The position numbers were made by a program, and so were the translations under genes. The notes beneath the pieces were generated by a model that was given only the letters and a program-made list of their open reading frames with translations, ran no database searches and had not been told where the DNA came from. A stretch of 64,000 nucleotides of DNA from an uncultured Hyphomicrobiales bacterium (GTDB lineage: Bacteria; Pseudomonadota; Alphaproteobacteria; Rhodospirillales; 2-12-FULL-67-15), in the NCBI GenBank assembly GCA_964412955.1, contig CAYPQV010000020.1:3023-67022 (forward strand). Reading direction: 5' to 3'. Positions 41,013 through 51,158 of this stretch are shown here, piece after piece. Each line of letters opens with the position of its first letter. Position 1 is the stretch's first letter.

Positions 41013-42175
41013 CGTCCGCGATCGCGCCCGCGCCCGGCAAGCCACGCCAGCGCGAACATCAGCAGCGCGCCCACCACGTAGGGCGAGTCCTTGCCGATCG
41101 CGCCGAATATCGCGCCCGCGCACGCGGGCCCGAGCACGCGCGCGAGCGTCGTCGCCGAGCGGGCCAGCCCCATGATCCCGCCCCGCTCGTGTTCCGCCGC
41201 CTCGAGCGAGATCAGGCTGTTAAGCGCGGGCGTGACCAGGCTGAAACCGATGCCGGCGAACGTGATCGCCGCCACCAGCATCGGAACGTCGCGGGCGAGC
41301 GGCACGCCGCCGAGACCGAGCGCGAGCAGGATCGCGCCCGCCGTCACCAGGCGCGCCTCGCCGAAGCGCCGGGCGAGCCGGCCGATGGCGCCGCCCTGGA
41401 TCGCGGCGCCGAGGACGCCGACGAGGGCGAACAGGTAGCCGTTCTGCTCCGGCCCCCAGCCGAACTGACGCCGCGACCAGATGGCGAAGGTCGATTCCAT
41501 TCCGGCGAACACGAAGGTGGCGAGAAACATCATCCCGACCAGGCCGTTGAGGCGCGGCCGGCGCAACGCTTCCCGCCACGGCGCGGCGAAGCTTCGCGCC
41601 CGCGCCCGGATCGCGGCGCGCGTGGAGGGCGAGAGGGATTCGGGCAGAAGAAACCAGGTCAGGACAAACGCCAAGGTCGACAAGGCCGCGGCGGCGAAGG
41701 CGGGGGTCCGGTAATCGGCCGCCGCCGGATCGGCGCCGGCGAGCAGGCCGCCGATCGCGGGGCCGGCGATGAAGCCGAGGCCGAACGCGGCCCCGACCGC
41801 GCCCATGCCGCGCGCGCGCTGCTCGGGCTTGGTGATGTCGGCGACGTAGGCGAACGCGGTCGCGATGTTGCCGGCCATGAATCCGGTCAGGACGCGCACC
41901 GCGAACAACATCGCGAGGCTGTCGGTGACGGCGAGCAGGGCGGAGCCGCCCGCCATGCCGACCAGGGTCATCAGCAGCACCGGCCGCCGTCCGATCCGGT
42001 CGCTGACGCGGCCCCACACCGGCGCCGCCACCAACTGCGCCGCCGAATAGGACGCCATCACCAGCCCGACCTGGAACGGCGTCGCGCCGAAATGCTCGGC
42101 GAAGAACGGCAGCAGCGGAATGATGATCCCGAAGCCGATCAGGTCCACCAGGACGACGAGAAAAAGGGCGGGCAT
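41009..42175 (-). CDS. MFS transporter (TetA/DHA1-like)
   Basis: DLIGFGIIIPLLP, GRVSDRIGRRPVL, GFIAGPAIGG. Confidence 0.9.
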   Translation of the reverse strand: MPALFLVVLVDLIGFGIIIPLLPFFAEHFGATPFQVGLVMASYSAAQLVAAPVWGRVSDRIGRRPVLLMTLVGMAGGSALLAVTDSLAMLFAVRVLTGFMAGNIATAFAYVADITKPEQRARGMGAVGAAFGLGFIAGPAIGGLLAGADPAAADYRTPAFAAAALSTLAFVLTWFLLPESLSPSTRAAIRARARSFAAPWREALRRPRLNGLVGMMFLATFVFAGMESTFAIWSRRQFGWGPEQNGYLFALVGVLGAAIQGGAIGRLARRFGEARLVTAGAILLALGLGGVPLARDVPMLVAAITFAGIGFSLVTPALNSLISLEAAEHERGGIMGLARSATTLARVLGPACAGAIFGAIGKDSPYVVGALLMFALAWLAGRGRDRGR

Positions 42176-42214
42176 GCGGGACGGGGGCTAACGCCGGTTT
42201 CGCCGGGAAAGAGT

Positions 42215-42283
42215 TGTCACCCCCGCGAAAGCGGGGGGCCACGTTTTCCGAAAAGCGGGATTCCCGCTTGCGCGGGAATGACA
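42215..42283. repeat. Inverted REP-like palindrome pair
   Basis: TGTCACCCCCGCGAAAGCGGGGGGCC ... GGATTCCCGCTTGCGCGGGAATGACA, intergenic. Confidence 0.7.
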
Positions 42284-42315
42284 GGTTGAACGCATTGGTG
42301 GCGATTCGCTCCGGC

Positions 42316-43467
42316 TTAGCGTTCGGTGAGCTTGATCTCGATCCGCCGGTTGCGGCGGTAGGCGATCTCGTCGCGCCGCTCGTCGAGCGGATGGAATTCG
42401 CCGAACCCGGCGGCGGCGAGGCGGTTGGCGGGCACGCCGTGCGCCATCAGGAAGCGCAGCACCGACAACGCGCGCGCCGACGACAGCTCCCAGTTGGAAG
42501 GGAAGCGCGCGGTCGCGATCGGCACGCGGTCGGTGTGCCCGTCGATGCGCAGCACCCAGTCGATGTCGGGCGGGATCTTCTTCGTCAATTCGGCGAGCAG
42601 GCCGGCGAGGCGGGCGAGCTGCTCGGATCCGGCGGCGCCGATGTCGGCCGATCCGGTTTCGAACAACACCTCGGACTGGAACACGAAGCGGTCGCCGACG
42701 ATGCGGATGTCGGGATGCTCGCCCAGCACCTCGCGCAACCGGCCGAAGAACTCGGAACGGTAGCGCGACAGTTCCTGCACCTTGCCGGCCAGCGCCGCGT
42801 TGAGGCGGCTTCCGAGCGCGGTGATCTGGACTTTCTGATCGGCGGACAGCTTTTCGGAGGCCTCCAGCGCTTCGTTGAGGCGGGCCAGCTGCTCGCGCAG
42901 CGCGGCCATCTGGCGGTTGAGCAGGGCGACCTGGGCGCGCGCGCTTTCGGAGACCTTCCGCTCCTCGATCAGGTTCCGGTCGGAGGTTTCGGCGCGCGCG
43001 GCCAAGGCCGCCGTCTTTTTTTCCAGGTCGTCGCGCAAGGCGGTCAGCGCGGCGATGTCGGCGGTTAATTGGGCGGCCTTGGCGTTGGCCTCGGCCTCGG
43101 CGGCGCGGGACGTCCTCAGGTCGCGCTCGGTGTCGCCGAGCTTGAGGCCGAGCGCGCGGGTCCGTTCCGTCAATTCGTCGCGCAGCGCGACCGAGGCCTC
43201 CAGTTCCTGGGTGATCTGCGCCATGTTGGCGCGCAGGTTCTGGTTTTCCTTGCGCTCCAGCGACAGCAGTTCGGCCATCGCGCTCATGTCGCCCTGCAGC
43301 CGGCGCAGCGCGTTGTCGCGCCCGAGCAGCGCTTCCCCGAGGAAGAACTGCGCGAGCACGAAGATGGTGAGCAGGAAGACCAGCGCCAGCAGCAGCGTCG
43401 TCAGCGCGTCGACGAAGCCGGGCCAGATGTTGATGTCGCGTTGCGGGCGGCGGGAGGCGAAGGCCAT
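42316..43467 (-). CDS. MotB/OmpA-like peptidoglycan-binding membrane protein with long coiled coil
   Basis: WPGFVDAL TM Asp, GHTD, NWELSSARA, NRRIE. Confidence 0.85.
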   Translation of the reverse strand: MAFASRRPQRDINIWPGFVDALTTLLLALVFLLTIFVLAQFFLGEALLGRDNALRRLQGDMSAMAELLSLERKENQNLRANMAQITQELEASVALRDELTERTRALGLKLGDTERDLRTSRAAEAEANAKAAQLTADIAALTALRDDLEKKTAALAARAETSDRNLIEERKVSESARAQVALLNRQMAALREQLARLNEALEASEKLSADQKVQITALGSRLNAALAGKVQELSRYRSEFFGRLREVLGEHPDIRIVGDRFVFQSEVLFETGSADIGAAGSEQLARLAGLLAELTKKIPPDIDWVLRIDGHTDRVPIATARFPSNWELSSARALSVLRFLMAHGVPANRLAAAGFGEFHPLDERRDEIAYRRNRRIEIKLTER

Positions 43468-43476
43468 GGCTATCGC

Positions 43477-44622
43477 CTAGCGATTTCCGGTGTCGGCGGC
43501 GACCGCGATGGTGCGGGCGAGCAGCTTGATCTCGTTGCGCATCTGGCCGACCAGCTGTTCGCGCCCGGCGCGGGTTTCCTCGACCAGCTTGCCGAGTTGG
43601 AGGTCGAGATTGCGGATGTGGCCCTTGGTCACGTCGTCGATGCCGCCCGCGCCGCCGCGCGCTCCGGCGTCGGCGATCCTGGTGAGCACCTGCTTCAATT
43701 CGTTGTGCGATTGGGCGAGCGCCTGCATCAAGGTCTGCTCGGTGCGCATGTGATCGGTGAGGTTGGCGAGCTGGGCGCCGAGCGCGGTCAGCGCGGTCTG
43801 GGATTGGGCGCGGTTGTCCTCGCCCTTGGCGATGGTGCGCTGCAGGTTGTCGAGGCTCTCGGCGGTCTGTTCGAGCAGCGCCTGGACGTAGGCCGGCACC
43901 GACTGGTCGCCTTCGGCCGCCATCAGGCCGCTGCCGATCCGGGTCTGGCCCGAAAGCCATTCCTCGAGGTCGTTGAAGAAATGATTTTGCGCCTGGCCGG
44001 CCTGCAGATCGAGGAACCCGAGCACCAGCGATCCGGCGAGCCCGAACAGCGAGGTGGAAAACGCGGTGCCCATGCCCGTGAGCGGTGATTCCAGGCCGCG
44101 CTTCAGGTCGCTGAACATGGCGGTCGGATCGCCGCCGCCGACGCCCAGCCCCCCGATCACCGAACGGATCGAGGTCATGGTTTCGAGCAGGCCCCAGAAC
44201 GTGCCGAGCAGGCCGAGGAAGATGAGCAGGCCGACCAAATAGCGCGAGATATCGCGCGATTCGTCGAGCCGGGCGGTAATGCCGTCGAGCAGCGATCGGG
44301 TGGCGAGCGCCGACAAGGACAGCCGTCCGCTTTTCTCGCGCAGCATGGCGGCCATCGGCGCCAGCAGCCGGGGCGGCGGCGAATCGGAAAGCTGGGAGCG
44401 GTCGCTGCGGAAGCTCTCCAGCCACGCCAGTTCGGGATAGAGCATCAGCACCTGGCGGAAATTGAACAGGATGCCGAGCAGGAAGACGCCGAGGATCAGT
44501 CCGTTGAGCGGCGGATTGGCGAGAAAGGCATTGCGGATCGGCGCGATCCAGAGCGCGGCGAGCGCGAACACCACGGCCAGGAACAGCGCCATGCGGATCA
44601 GGAACCGGCGCGGACGCGCCAT
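43477..44622 (-). CDS. MotA/TolQ/ExbB-like proton channel protein
   Basis: FLGLLGTFWGL, GMGTAFSTSLFGL; helical C-terminal tail. Confidence 0.8.
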   Translation of the reverse strand: MARPRRFLIRMALFLAVVFALAALWIAPIRNAFLANPPLNGLILGVFLLGILFNFRQVLMLYPELAWLESFRSDRSQLSDSPPPRLLAPMAAMLREKSGRLSLSALATRSLLDGITARLDESRDISRYLVGLLIFLGLLGTFWGLLETMTSIRSVIGGLGVGGGDPTAMFSDLKRGLESPLTGMGTAFSTSLFGLAGSLVLGFLDLQAGQAQNHFFNDLEEWLSGQTRIGSGLMAAEGDQSVPAYVQALLEQTAESLDNLQRTIAKGEDNRAQSQTALTALGAQLANLTDHMRTEQTLMQALAQSHNELKQVLTRIADAGARGGAGGIDDVTKGHIRNLDLQLGKLVEETRAGREQLVGQMRNEIKLLARTIAVAADTGNR

Positions 44623-44663
44623 GAGCGGCCTCCTCGAATTAGGGTCCGCCCGACCGCCCGCGG

Positions 44664-45704
44664 TCAGCGGTCGCCGAACGACAGATCGACCCGGTTGGCG
44701 GGCTGATCGGACACCTTGTCGCCGAGCGCGCGCACGTCGATGCGGGTCGAACGCACGCCCTGCTCGATCAGCACCGTGCGCACCGCGAGCGCGCGCGAGA
44801 GCGAAAGGCGCCGGGCCGTGCTGGCGGTCAAGTCGCCGCCCGCGGCATAGGCGACGATTTGCAGCCGCAGGGATTCCTGCCCCTTCATGCGTTCGGCCAA
44901 GTCCTTGAGCCCGGCCTGGGCGGCGGCGGGCACGCGGCTGTCGCCGGCGGTGAACTCGATCTGCAGGGCGCGGTCCTTGGGTGGCGCGGTCGGGGCCAGC
45001 GGCACGGCGGCGACGCTGGGGGGCGCGGGCGGCTGGGCGGTGGGCGCCATGGGCGCGGGCGTCGCCGGAGCCGCGACGACCGGCGCCGGCGCGGGCATCG
45101 CCGGGGCCGGGGCGGAGGGCGGCGGCGCGATGGCGGTCGGCGCGGCGGGGGCGGGGTCGGGCGGTGGGGCGGGTTGGGGCGGCGACGGCGGCGGCACGGC
45201 GGCGAGCACCGGCGGCGGGGGCGGCGCGGCCGGAATGCCCGCCGGCGGCGGGGGCGGCGTGGTGGCGGTGACGGCGGCGCGTTTCTCGACCGGCGCGCGT
45301 TTTTCGGTGGCGCGCTTTTCGGCGGGGGCGCGTTTTGCCGTTGCCGGTTTATCGGCGGGCGCGGCGGCCATCCGGGTCGCGGGCTTGGGTTTGGCGGCGG
45401 GCCTGGCCTCGGCGGTGGCTCCGCCGGGCCCGTGGAAGCGCGAGCGCGGCATTTCGGTTCCCGGCATCCGCAACGGGCCCGCATAGCCGGGCACGACCCC
45501 GGCCGGCGGCAGCACCAGGGGGCGGCGGCCGCGGCCGCTGTCGTCGATCACGCTCAGATCGACGACGACGGATTCGTCGTCGTAATAGGGTCCGGCGCCC
45601 TGGGCGGCGGCGCTCGCGCCCGCGGCGATCCAGGCGGCGACCGATCCGATCGCCAGCATCGCCGCGACGGCGGCGGTCGAAGTCGTTCGTTGATTACGTG
45701 CCAT
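44664..45704 (-). CDS. Exported Pro-rich OmpA-domain protein
   Basis: Signal peptide, Pro/Ala linker, RRLSLSRALAVR, RIDVRALG. Confidence 0.8.
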   Translation of the reverse strand: MARNQRTTSTAAVAAMLAIGSVAAWIAAGASAAAQGAGPYYDDESVVVDLSVIDDSGRGRRPLVLPPAGVVPGYAGPLRMPGTEMPRSRFHGPGGATAEARPAAKPKPATRMAAAPADKPATAKRAPAEKRATEKRAPVEKRAAVTATTPPPPPAGIPAAPPPPPVLAAVPPPSPPQPAPPPDPAPAAPTAIAPPPSAPAPAMPAPAPVVAAPATPAPMAPTAQPPAPPSVAAVPLAPTAPPKDRALQIEFTAGDSRVPAAAQAGLKDLAERMKGQESLRLQIVAYAAGGDLTASTARRLSLSRALAVRTVLIEQGVRSTRIDVRALGDKVSDQPANRVDLSFGDR

Positions 45705-45858
45705 CCCCGCGTTCCCGAGCCGGAAGTCTAAACCAACGCCAACATAAACCAAGGGCGAAACGCCGTACAACCGCCTCGGTCCGGCGCGAATCGTTCGCCG
45801 GAATCCCGGTGGGGGCGCGGGATTCCGCCGGACATCCGCGCCCGGCGGCCCCGGGCGA

Positions 45859-46647
45859 TTACCGGCGCAGCAGCCGGCCGAGGGCTTCGTGCAGCGAATC
45901 GTTGGCGGCGAGAATGTCGCCGCTCGCCATCATTGTCGGCCCGCCGTCGAGGTCGCTGACGAAGCCGCCCGCCTCCCGCACCAGCACGATGCCGGCCGCC
46001 ATGTCCCAGGGCGAAAGCCCGGTTTCCCAGAAGCCGTCGTAGCGCCCGGCGGCGACATAAGCGAGATCGAGCGCGGCCGAACCGAACCGCCGGACCCCGG
46101 CCGCGACCGCCATCACCTTTTCCAGTTGGCCGAGGAACAGCTTGTGGTCGCGGTGCCCGGCGAAGGGGATGCCGGTCGCGAACAGGGCGGGCGCCATGGC
46201 CTTGCGGCCCGACACGCGCAGACGGCGGCCGTTGAGGAACGCGCCCTTGCCCTTTTCCGCCCAATACAGTTCGTCCGAGATCGGGTTGTAGACCACGCCC
46301 GCGATCAGGTCGGCGTCGCGTTCGAGCGCGATCGACACGGCGAAGTGCGGAATGCCGTGCAGGAAATTGGTGGTGCCGTCGAGCGGATCGACGATCCAGC
46401 GGTTGGAGGTGTCGGCGCCGGCGATGGCGCCCGATTCCTCCATCAGGAATCCGTAGCGCGGCCGCACGCGGGCGAGTTCCGTGCGCGCCACCCGCTCGGC
46501 GCGGTGGTCGGCGGCGGAGACGAAATCGGACTGGCTCTTCTGCGAAACCTGGAGGTTTTCGAGCTCGCCGAAGTCCCGCGTCAGCGCGCGGCCGGCCTTG
46601 CGGGCGGCGGCGACCATCACGGTGATCAGGGCCGATTGGGTGGTCAT
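45859..46647 (-). CDS. suhB: Inositol monophosphatase
   Basis: DPLDGTTNF, RRFGSAALD, WDMAAG. Confidence 0.92.
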   Translation of the reverse strand: MTTQSALITVMVAAARKAGRALTRDFGELENLQVSQKSQSDFVSAADHRAERVARTELARVRPRYGFLMEESGAIAGADTSNRWIVDPLDGTTNFLHGIPHFAVSIALERDADLIAGVVYNPISDELYWAEKGKGAFLNGRRLRVSGRKAMAPALFATGIPFAGHRDHKLFLGQLEKVMAVAAGVRRFGSAALDLAYVAAGRYDGFWETGLSPWDMAAGIVLVREAGGFVSDLDGGPTMMASGDILAANDSLHEALGRLLRR

Positions 46648-46672
46648 GGCCCCATCCTTTCGCGCGCGCTGC

Positions 46673-47239
46673 TCAGTTCTTGGCGCGCTCGACGTAGCTC
46701 GCGTCCTCGGTGTTGACGACGATGCGGGTGCCGGCCTCGATGAACGGCGGCACCATGACGCGCACGCCGTTGGCGAGCACGGCGGGCTTGTAGGACGATG
46801 CCGCGGTCTGGCCCTTGACCACCGGGTCGGCCTCGGTCACTTCCAGGGTCACGGTCTGCGGCAGGTGCACGGCGACCGGCTTGCCCTCGATCAGGTCCAT
46901 GGTCACCGGCATGTTCTCCTGCAGGAACGCGCACGCATCGCCGAGCATGTCCTTGGAGAGCGTGGTCTGCTCGTAGCTCTCGCTGTCCATGAAGGTCAGC
47001 ATGTCGCCGTCGGCGTAGAGATACGAATACTCGCGCTCGTCGACCGAGAGCTTCTCGACCGTGTCCTGGGTACGCCAGCGCACGTTGGTCTTGGTCCCGC
47101 TCAGCACGTCGCGCATCTCGACCTGGATGAAGGCGCCGCCCTTGCCCGGCTGGATCAGCTGGATCTTGAGGACGGACCACTGCTTGCCCTCGTGCTCGAT
47201 GACGTTGCCGGGGCGGATGGTGTTGGCTTGGATTTTCAT
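46673..47239 (-). CDS. efp: Elongation factor P
   Basis: PGKGGAF loop, KPAVLANG, VPPFI. Confidence 0.96.
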   Translation of the reverse strand: MKIQANTIRPGNVIEHEGKQWSVLKIQLIQPGKGGAFIQVEMRDVLSGTKTNVRWRTQDTVEKLSVDEREYSYLYADGDMLTFMDSESYEQTTLSKDMLGDACAFLQENMPVTMDLIEGKPVAVHLPQTVTLEVTEADPVVKGQTAASSYKPAVLANGVRVMVPPFIEAGTRIVVNTEDASYVERAKN

Positions 47240-47296
47240 GGCGGGCGGGTTCTAGCAGCCGAAACGCGCGCTGGCAACGCCCGGCGGCGGAAAAAA

Positions 47297-48259
47297 TCAC
47301 GCGGGCGGATAGGGATGAAGACGCCCCAGAACGTCCCGGACCCGGCCGCGCTCGTCCGGGCCGTACGTCTCCTCGATCGGCACCTTGCCGTGCCCGCCCG
47401 GGATGTCGAGGACGTAGGTGGGCAGCGCCAGGCCCGACACCCGGCGGCGCAGCTCCGCCATCAGGGCGCGGCCCTGGGCGACGGGTACGCGGAAGTGGGC
47501 GGTGCCGGAGGCCAAGTCGCACTGGTGCAGGTAGTAGGGCTTGATGCGGAGCGCCACCAGCGCCTCCATCAGGGCGGCCAGCGTGTCGGCGTCGTCGTTG
47601 ACGCCCTTGAGCAGCACCGTCTGCGCCAGCACCGGAATTCCGGCGTCGAGGAATTTGCGGCACGCGGCGGCAGCGTCCGCCGTCAGTTCGCGCGCGTGGT
47701 TGCAGTGGACGGCGAGGAAGAAGGCCTTGTCGGCGCGGCAGGCGGCGACCAGTTCGGGCGTGACGCGCGAAGGCGCGGCCACGGGCACGCGGCTGTGGAC
47801 GCGGACGGTCGTCAAGTGCGGGATCGCGTCGAGCAGGCCGACGAGGCGGGCAAGCCGCGCGGGCGACAGCACCAGCGGATCGCCGCCGGTGAGGATGACT
47901 TCGCGGATTTCGGGCCGGGCGCGCACGTAGGAAAGCGCTTGGTCGGTTTCCGCGTCGCTCAGGGTGCGCGGCTCGCCCAGGAGTTCGCGCCGGAAGCAGA
48001 AGCGGCAATGGACCGCGCACGCCTCGGTCGGCATCAGCAGCACCCGGTCGGGATGGCGGTGCACCAGGCCGGGCACGGGCGAATGGGCGCGATCGCCGAT
48101 CGGGTCTGCTCTTTCCTCCGGCCCTCGGCTAAGCTCGTCGGGGGAGGCCGCGTACTGGCGCGCGATCGGGTCCGCCGGATCGCTTAGGTTCATCAGCGCG
48201 CGCGTCTCCGCCGAGATCAACTCGGGCCACGGCGAAACCATCGGCGCGAACGTGTTCAT
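47297..48259 (-). CDS. epmB: Lysine 2,3-aminomutase family (EF-P beta-lysylation)
   Basis: CAVHCRFCFRR, TGGDPL, VLLKGVND; adjacent to efp and epmA. Confidence 0.88.
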   Translation of the reverse strand: MNTFAPMVSPWPELISAETRALMNLSDPADPIARQYAASPDELSRGPEERADPIGDRAHSPVPGLVHRHPDRVLLMPTEACAVHCRFCFRRELLGEPRTLSDAETDQALSYVRARPEIREVILTGGDPLVLSPARLARLVGLLDAIPHLTTVRVHSRVPVAAPSRVTPELVAACRADKAFFLAVHCNHARELTADAAAACRKFLDAGIPVLAQTVLLKGVNDDADTLAALMEALVALRIKPYYLHQCDLASGTAHFRVPVAQGRALMAELRRRVSGLALPTYVLDIPGGHGKVPIEETYGPDERGRVRDVLGRLHPYPPA

Positions 48260-48280
48260 AAAGATAAAGTCCCGGAACCC

Positions 48281-49309
48281 ATGACGAGCCCCGAACCCTG
48301 GTGGAAGCCGGACGCTTTGGCAAGGCGGGAAAGGGCGCTTGAGCTGCGCGGGCGCGTGCTCAAGGCGACCCGCGCCTTTTTCGAAGGCGGGGGCTTCGCC
48401 GAGGTCGAAACGCCCGCGCTGCAAATAAGCCCGGGAATGGAAACCCACCTGCGCGCATTCCGAACCGAACTCCGCGAACCCTTCGGCCAGGGAGGGCACG
48501 CGCTCTATCTCCACACCTCGCCCGAATTCGCCATGAAGAAGCTGCTCGCGGGAGGCATGACGCGCATCTTCCAGATCGCGCGCGTCTTCCGTAACGAGGA
48601 ACGCTCGGACTTGCATCACCCCGAATTCACGATGCTGGAGTGGTACCGGGTTGACGTTCCGCTTTCGGCGATCATGGAGGATTGCGAGGCGCTGGTACGC
48701 GCGTGCGTCGAAGCCGCGGGGGCGAAGACGTTGACGTGGCAGGGCCGGGCCAGCGATCCCTTCGCTCCCTGGCGGCGGCTTTCGGTCGCCGAGGCCTTTC
48801 GCGAATACGCCGGTTTCGACGTTCTGGCGCTGACCGGCGACATGGCGGGATTCCGGCGGGCGGCGAAACGGCTTGGCATCACGCCGGGCGAGAAGGACGA
48901 CTGGGACGACATTTTTTTCCGAATTTTTCTCGACCGGATCGAACCCCATCTCGGGATCCCTTCGCCGACCATTCTCCATGGCTATCCCGCGTCCATGGCG
49001 GCGCTCGCCAAGCTGGACGAGCGGGACCCGCGCGTTGCGGAACGGTTCGAGCTTTATGTCGCGGGGGTCGAGCTCGCCAACGCCTTCGGCGAACTGACCG
49101 ACGCCGCCGAACAGCGCCGCCGCTTCGAGGCCGACAACAAAAAACGCGAACGTCTGTTCGGCGAGCGTTATCCGGTGGACGAGGATTTCCTCGCCGCCGT
49201 GGCCGCCATGCCGCCGGCGAGCGGCATCGCGCTCGGGTTCGACCGGTTGGTCATGCTCGCCGCCGGCGCCGACCGGATCGACGACGTGCTGTGGGCGCCG
49301 GTTGCGTAA
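48281..49309 (+). CDS. epmA: EF-P lysine aminoacylase
   Basis: LHTSPEFAMKKLL, HHPEFTMLEWYR, ELANAFGEL, GIALGFDRL. Confidence 0.93.
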   Translation: MTSPEPWWKPDALARRERALELRGRVLKATRAFFEGGGFAEVETPALQISPGMETHLRAFRTELREPFGQGGHALYLHTSPEFAMKKLLAGGMTRIFQIARVFRNEERSDLHHPEFTMLEWYRVDVPLSAIMEDCEALVRACVEAAGAKTLTWQGRASDPFAPWRRLSVAEAFREYAGFDVLALTGDMAGFRRAAKRLGITPGEKDDWDDIFFRIFLDRIEPHLGIPSPTILHGYPASMAALAKLDERDPRVAERFELYVAGVELANAFGELTDAAEQRRRFEADNKKRERLFGERYPVDEDFLAAVAAMPPASGIALGFDRLVMLAAGADRIDDVLWAPVA

Positions 49310-49327
49310 TCAAAGGAGTCTTCCGCC

Positions 49328-49711
49328 ATGAACCTTCGCCGCCTCGATCACCTGGTCGTCACCGCGTGCGATCCCGAAGCGACCATCAAGTTCTATACCG
49401 ACATTCTCGGCATGCGCCTGGTCATGTTCGGCGAAGGCCGCCGGGCGCTCGCGTTCGGGGACCAGAAGATCAACCTCCACGACGCGGCAGCGCCTTACGT
49501 GCCCCATGCGCGCCGCCCCGAGCCGGGCGCGGTCGACGTCTGCTTCATCGCCGCCGAGCCGGTGGAAACCGTGATGGCGGAACTGCAGGCCAAGGGGGTC
49601 AAGATCGAGGAAGGGATCGTTCCCAAAACCGGCGCGCGCGCGAAACTGCGCTCTCTCTATATCCGCGACCCGGACGGCAACCTGATCGAGATTTCGAACG
49701 AGGTGGGCTAA
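49328..49711 (+). CDS. VOC/glyoxalase family protein
   Basis: LDHLV, QKINLH, YIRDPDGNLIE. Confidence 0.9.
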   Translation: MNLRRLDHLVVTACDPEATIKFYTDILGMRLVMFGEGRRALAFGDQKINLHDAAAPYVPHARRPEPGAVDVCFIAAEPVETVMAELQAKGVKIEEGIVPKTGARAKLRSLYIRDPDGNLIEISNEVG

Positions 49712-49834
49712 AAGTATTATCCGCGTGGACAGCGGGAGAAACGCGGCAACATTATCCCTTTAATTTCGGCTGCCGAGGTTTCCGGAAAATTGTAGTAATT
49801 TATTTAGTAGACAACTGAGCAATAGGAGCATGCC

Positions 49835-50143
49835 ATGCGAAAACGTATAGCTCTTTTTATTTTGCTCATTGGTACGCCGTCTATGGGGTGTATTGAGCCT
49901 GGCGGGCCGGGAACCCTATCGCCTATGCCAGATGGCTCATTCATGTATGTTTTGAAGGTCAATACATACACAATATTCTACACGGACGAAGATACTCGAC
50001 TGCTCTGGATTAGTGAGAAATTATCCATGAACGGGCTCTGTCCACAAGGTTATGTGGTGACCGACCGACGGGAAATACTTTCGACCCAAGGAGATTTGGG
50101 CGACAAAATTTTCGATTTTACCTATTTCTTTCGTTGCAAATGA
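49835..50143 (+). CDS. AT-rich orphan putative lipoprotein
   Basis: SD AGGAG, signal peptide ending SMGC, visibly AT-rich codons. Confidence 0.65.
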   Translation: MRKRIALFILLIGTPSMGCIEPGGPGTLSPMPDGSFMYVLKVNTYTIFYTDEDTRLLWISEKLSMNGLCPQGYVVTDRREILSTQGDLGDKIFDFTYFFRCK

Positions 50144-50150
50144 TGTTGGT

Positions 50151-50807
50151 TTAAATTGAGCGGTGGTCGTCGGCTGTTCCCGCGATCGCCGCGTTGAATT
50201 CCTTCACCGCCGCCGCCGGGCCGTCGGCGTGGTCCCATACCGCCGAAACGACCGCGAGGAAATCGGCACCCGCCCTTACCAAGGGCGCGCAGTTCGCGGG
50301 CGTGATGCCGCCGATGGCCACGCACGGCACCACTAAAACTTCCGAACACCACGCGAGCAGATCGACGTCGGCGCGCGTTTTGGGCTGCTTGGTGCCGGTC
50401 GGGAAGAACGCGCCGAAGGCGACGTAGTCGGCGCCTTTCTCGGCCGCCTCGATGGCGAGGTGGCGCGAATTGTGGCAGGTGACGCCGACCACGCCGTCCG
50501 CGCCCACCGCCTTCCGCGCGTCGTCGTAGCTCGCGTCCTCCTGGCCGATGTGCACGCCGTCGCAGCCGGTGGCCGCCGCCAGGTCGGGCCGGTCGTTCAG
50601 GATGAACGTGACGCCGCGTTCGCGCGCGATGGGGAGCAGCGCCGCCGCCGCGCGCTTGATGGTGTCGTCGTCCGCGTCCTTGAGGCGCAGTTGCGCCGCC
50701 GCCACGTCGCCCGCCTCCAGCGCCGCCGTGAAGGCCTCCGCGAACGTCGGCAACACGATTTTCGGTGGCGTCACCAAATACAAACGGCACGTGCGCGTCT
50801 CAGCCAT
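50151..50807 (-). CDS. thiE: Thiamine phosphate synthase
   Basis: [24 protein letters not shown]. Confidence 0.93.
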   Translation of the reverse strand: MAETRTCRLYLVTPPKIVLPTFAEAFTAALEAGDVAAAQLRLKDADDDTIKRAAAALLPIARERGVTFILNDRPDLAAATGCDGVHIGQEDASYDDARKAVGADGVVGVTCHNSRHLAIEAAEKGADYVAFGAFFPTGTKQPKTRADVDLLAWCSEVLVVPCVAIGGITPANCAPLVRAGADFLAVVSAVWDHADGPAAAVKEFNAAIAGTADDHRSI

Positions 50808-51150
50808 GATCGGGCCTCCGCGCATAGACCGCCGCGCCTTGCTGTCTGGCGATGTCGGCGACCTTGGCGAACACGTCGGCGGGAGCGTCGAGCACGATCG
50901 CCTTGACCCCTTCGCGCAGCGCGCCGAGCGCCGCGCCGGGATCGCTTCCGCAATCGAGGATCGCCTCGAACGCCGCGCCCGGTTCGGCGCGCGCCGCTTC
51001 CGCCACCATCTCCCGCCACACCGCGGGGCCGAGCGTTCGGGCCGCGCCCGGCGCGCTCACCAGGAGGGCGCGCGCGCCCCGTTCGCGCGCGGCGCGCAGC
51101 GCGGCCTTCGCCTGCCCGAGATCGTGGACGACGAAGGCCGGCGCGGTCAT
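50800..51150 (-). CDS. Conserved hypothetical protein
   Basis: [20 protein letters not shown]; sits between gap and thiE. Confidence 0.7.
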   Translation of the reverse strand: MTAPAFVVHDLGQAKAALRAARERGARALLVSAPGAARTLGPAVWREMVAEAARAEPGAAFEAILDCGSDPGAALGALREGVKAIVLDAPADVFAKVADIARQQGAAVYARRPDHG

Positions 51151-51158
51151 CAAGAAAC

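Noticed and set aside
42316..44622. Zorya anti-phage system (ZorAB)
   Set aside because: No zorC/D/E-like genes; housekeeping context next to suhB and efp; host-like composition
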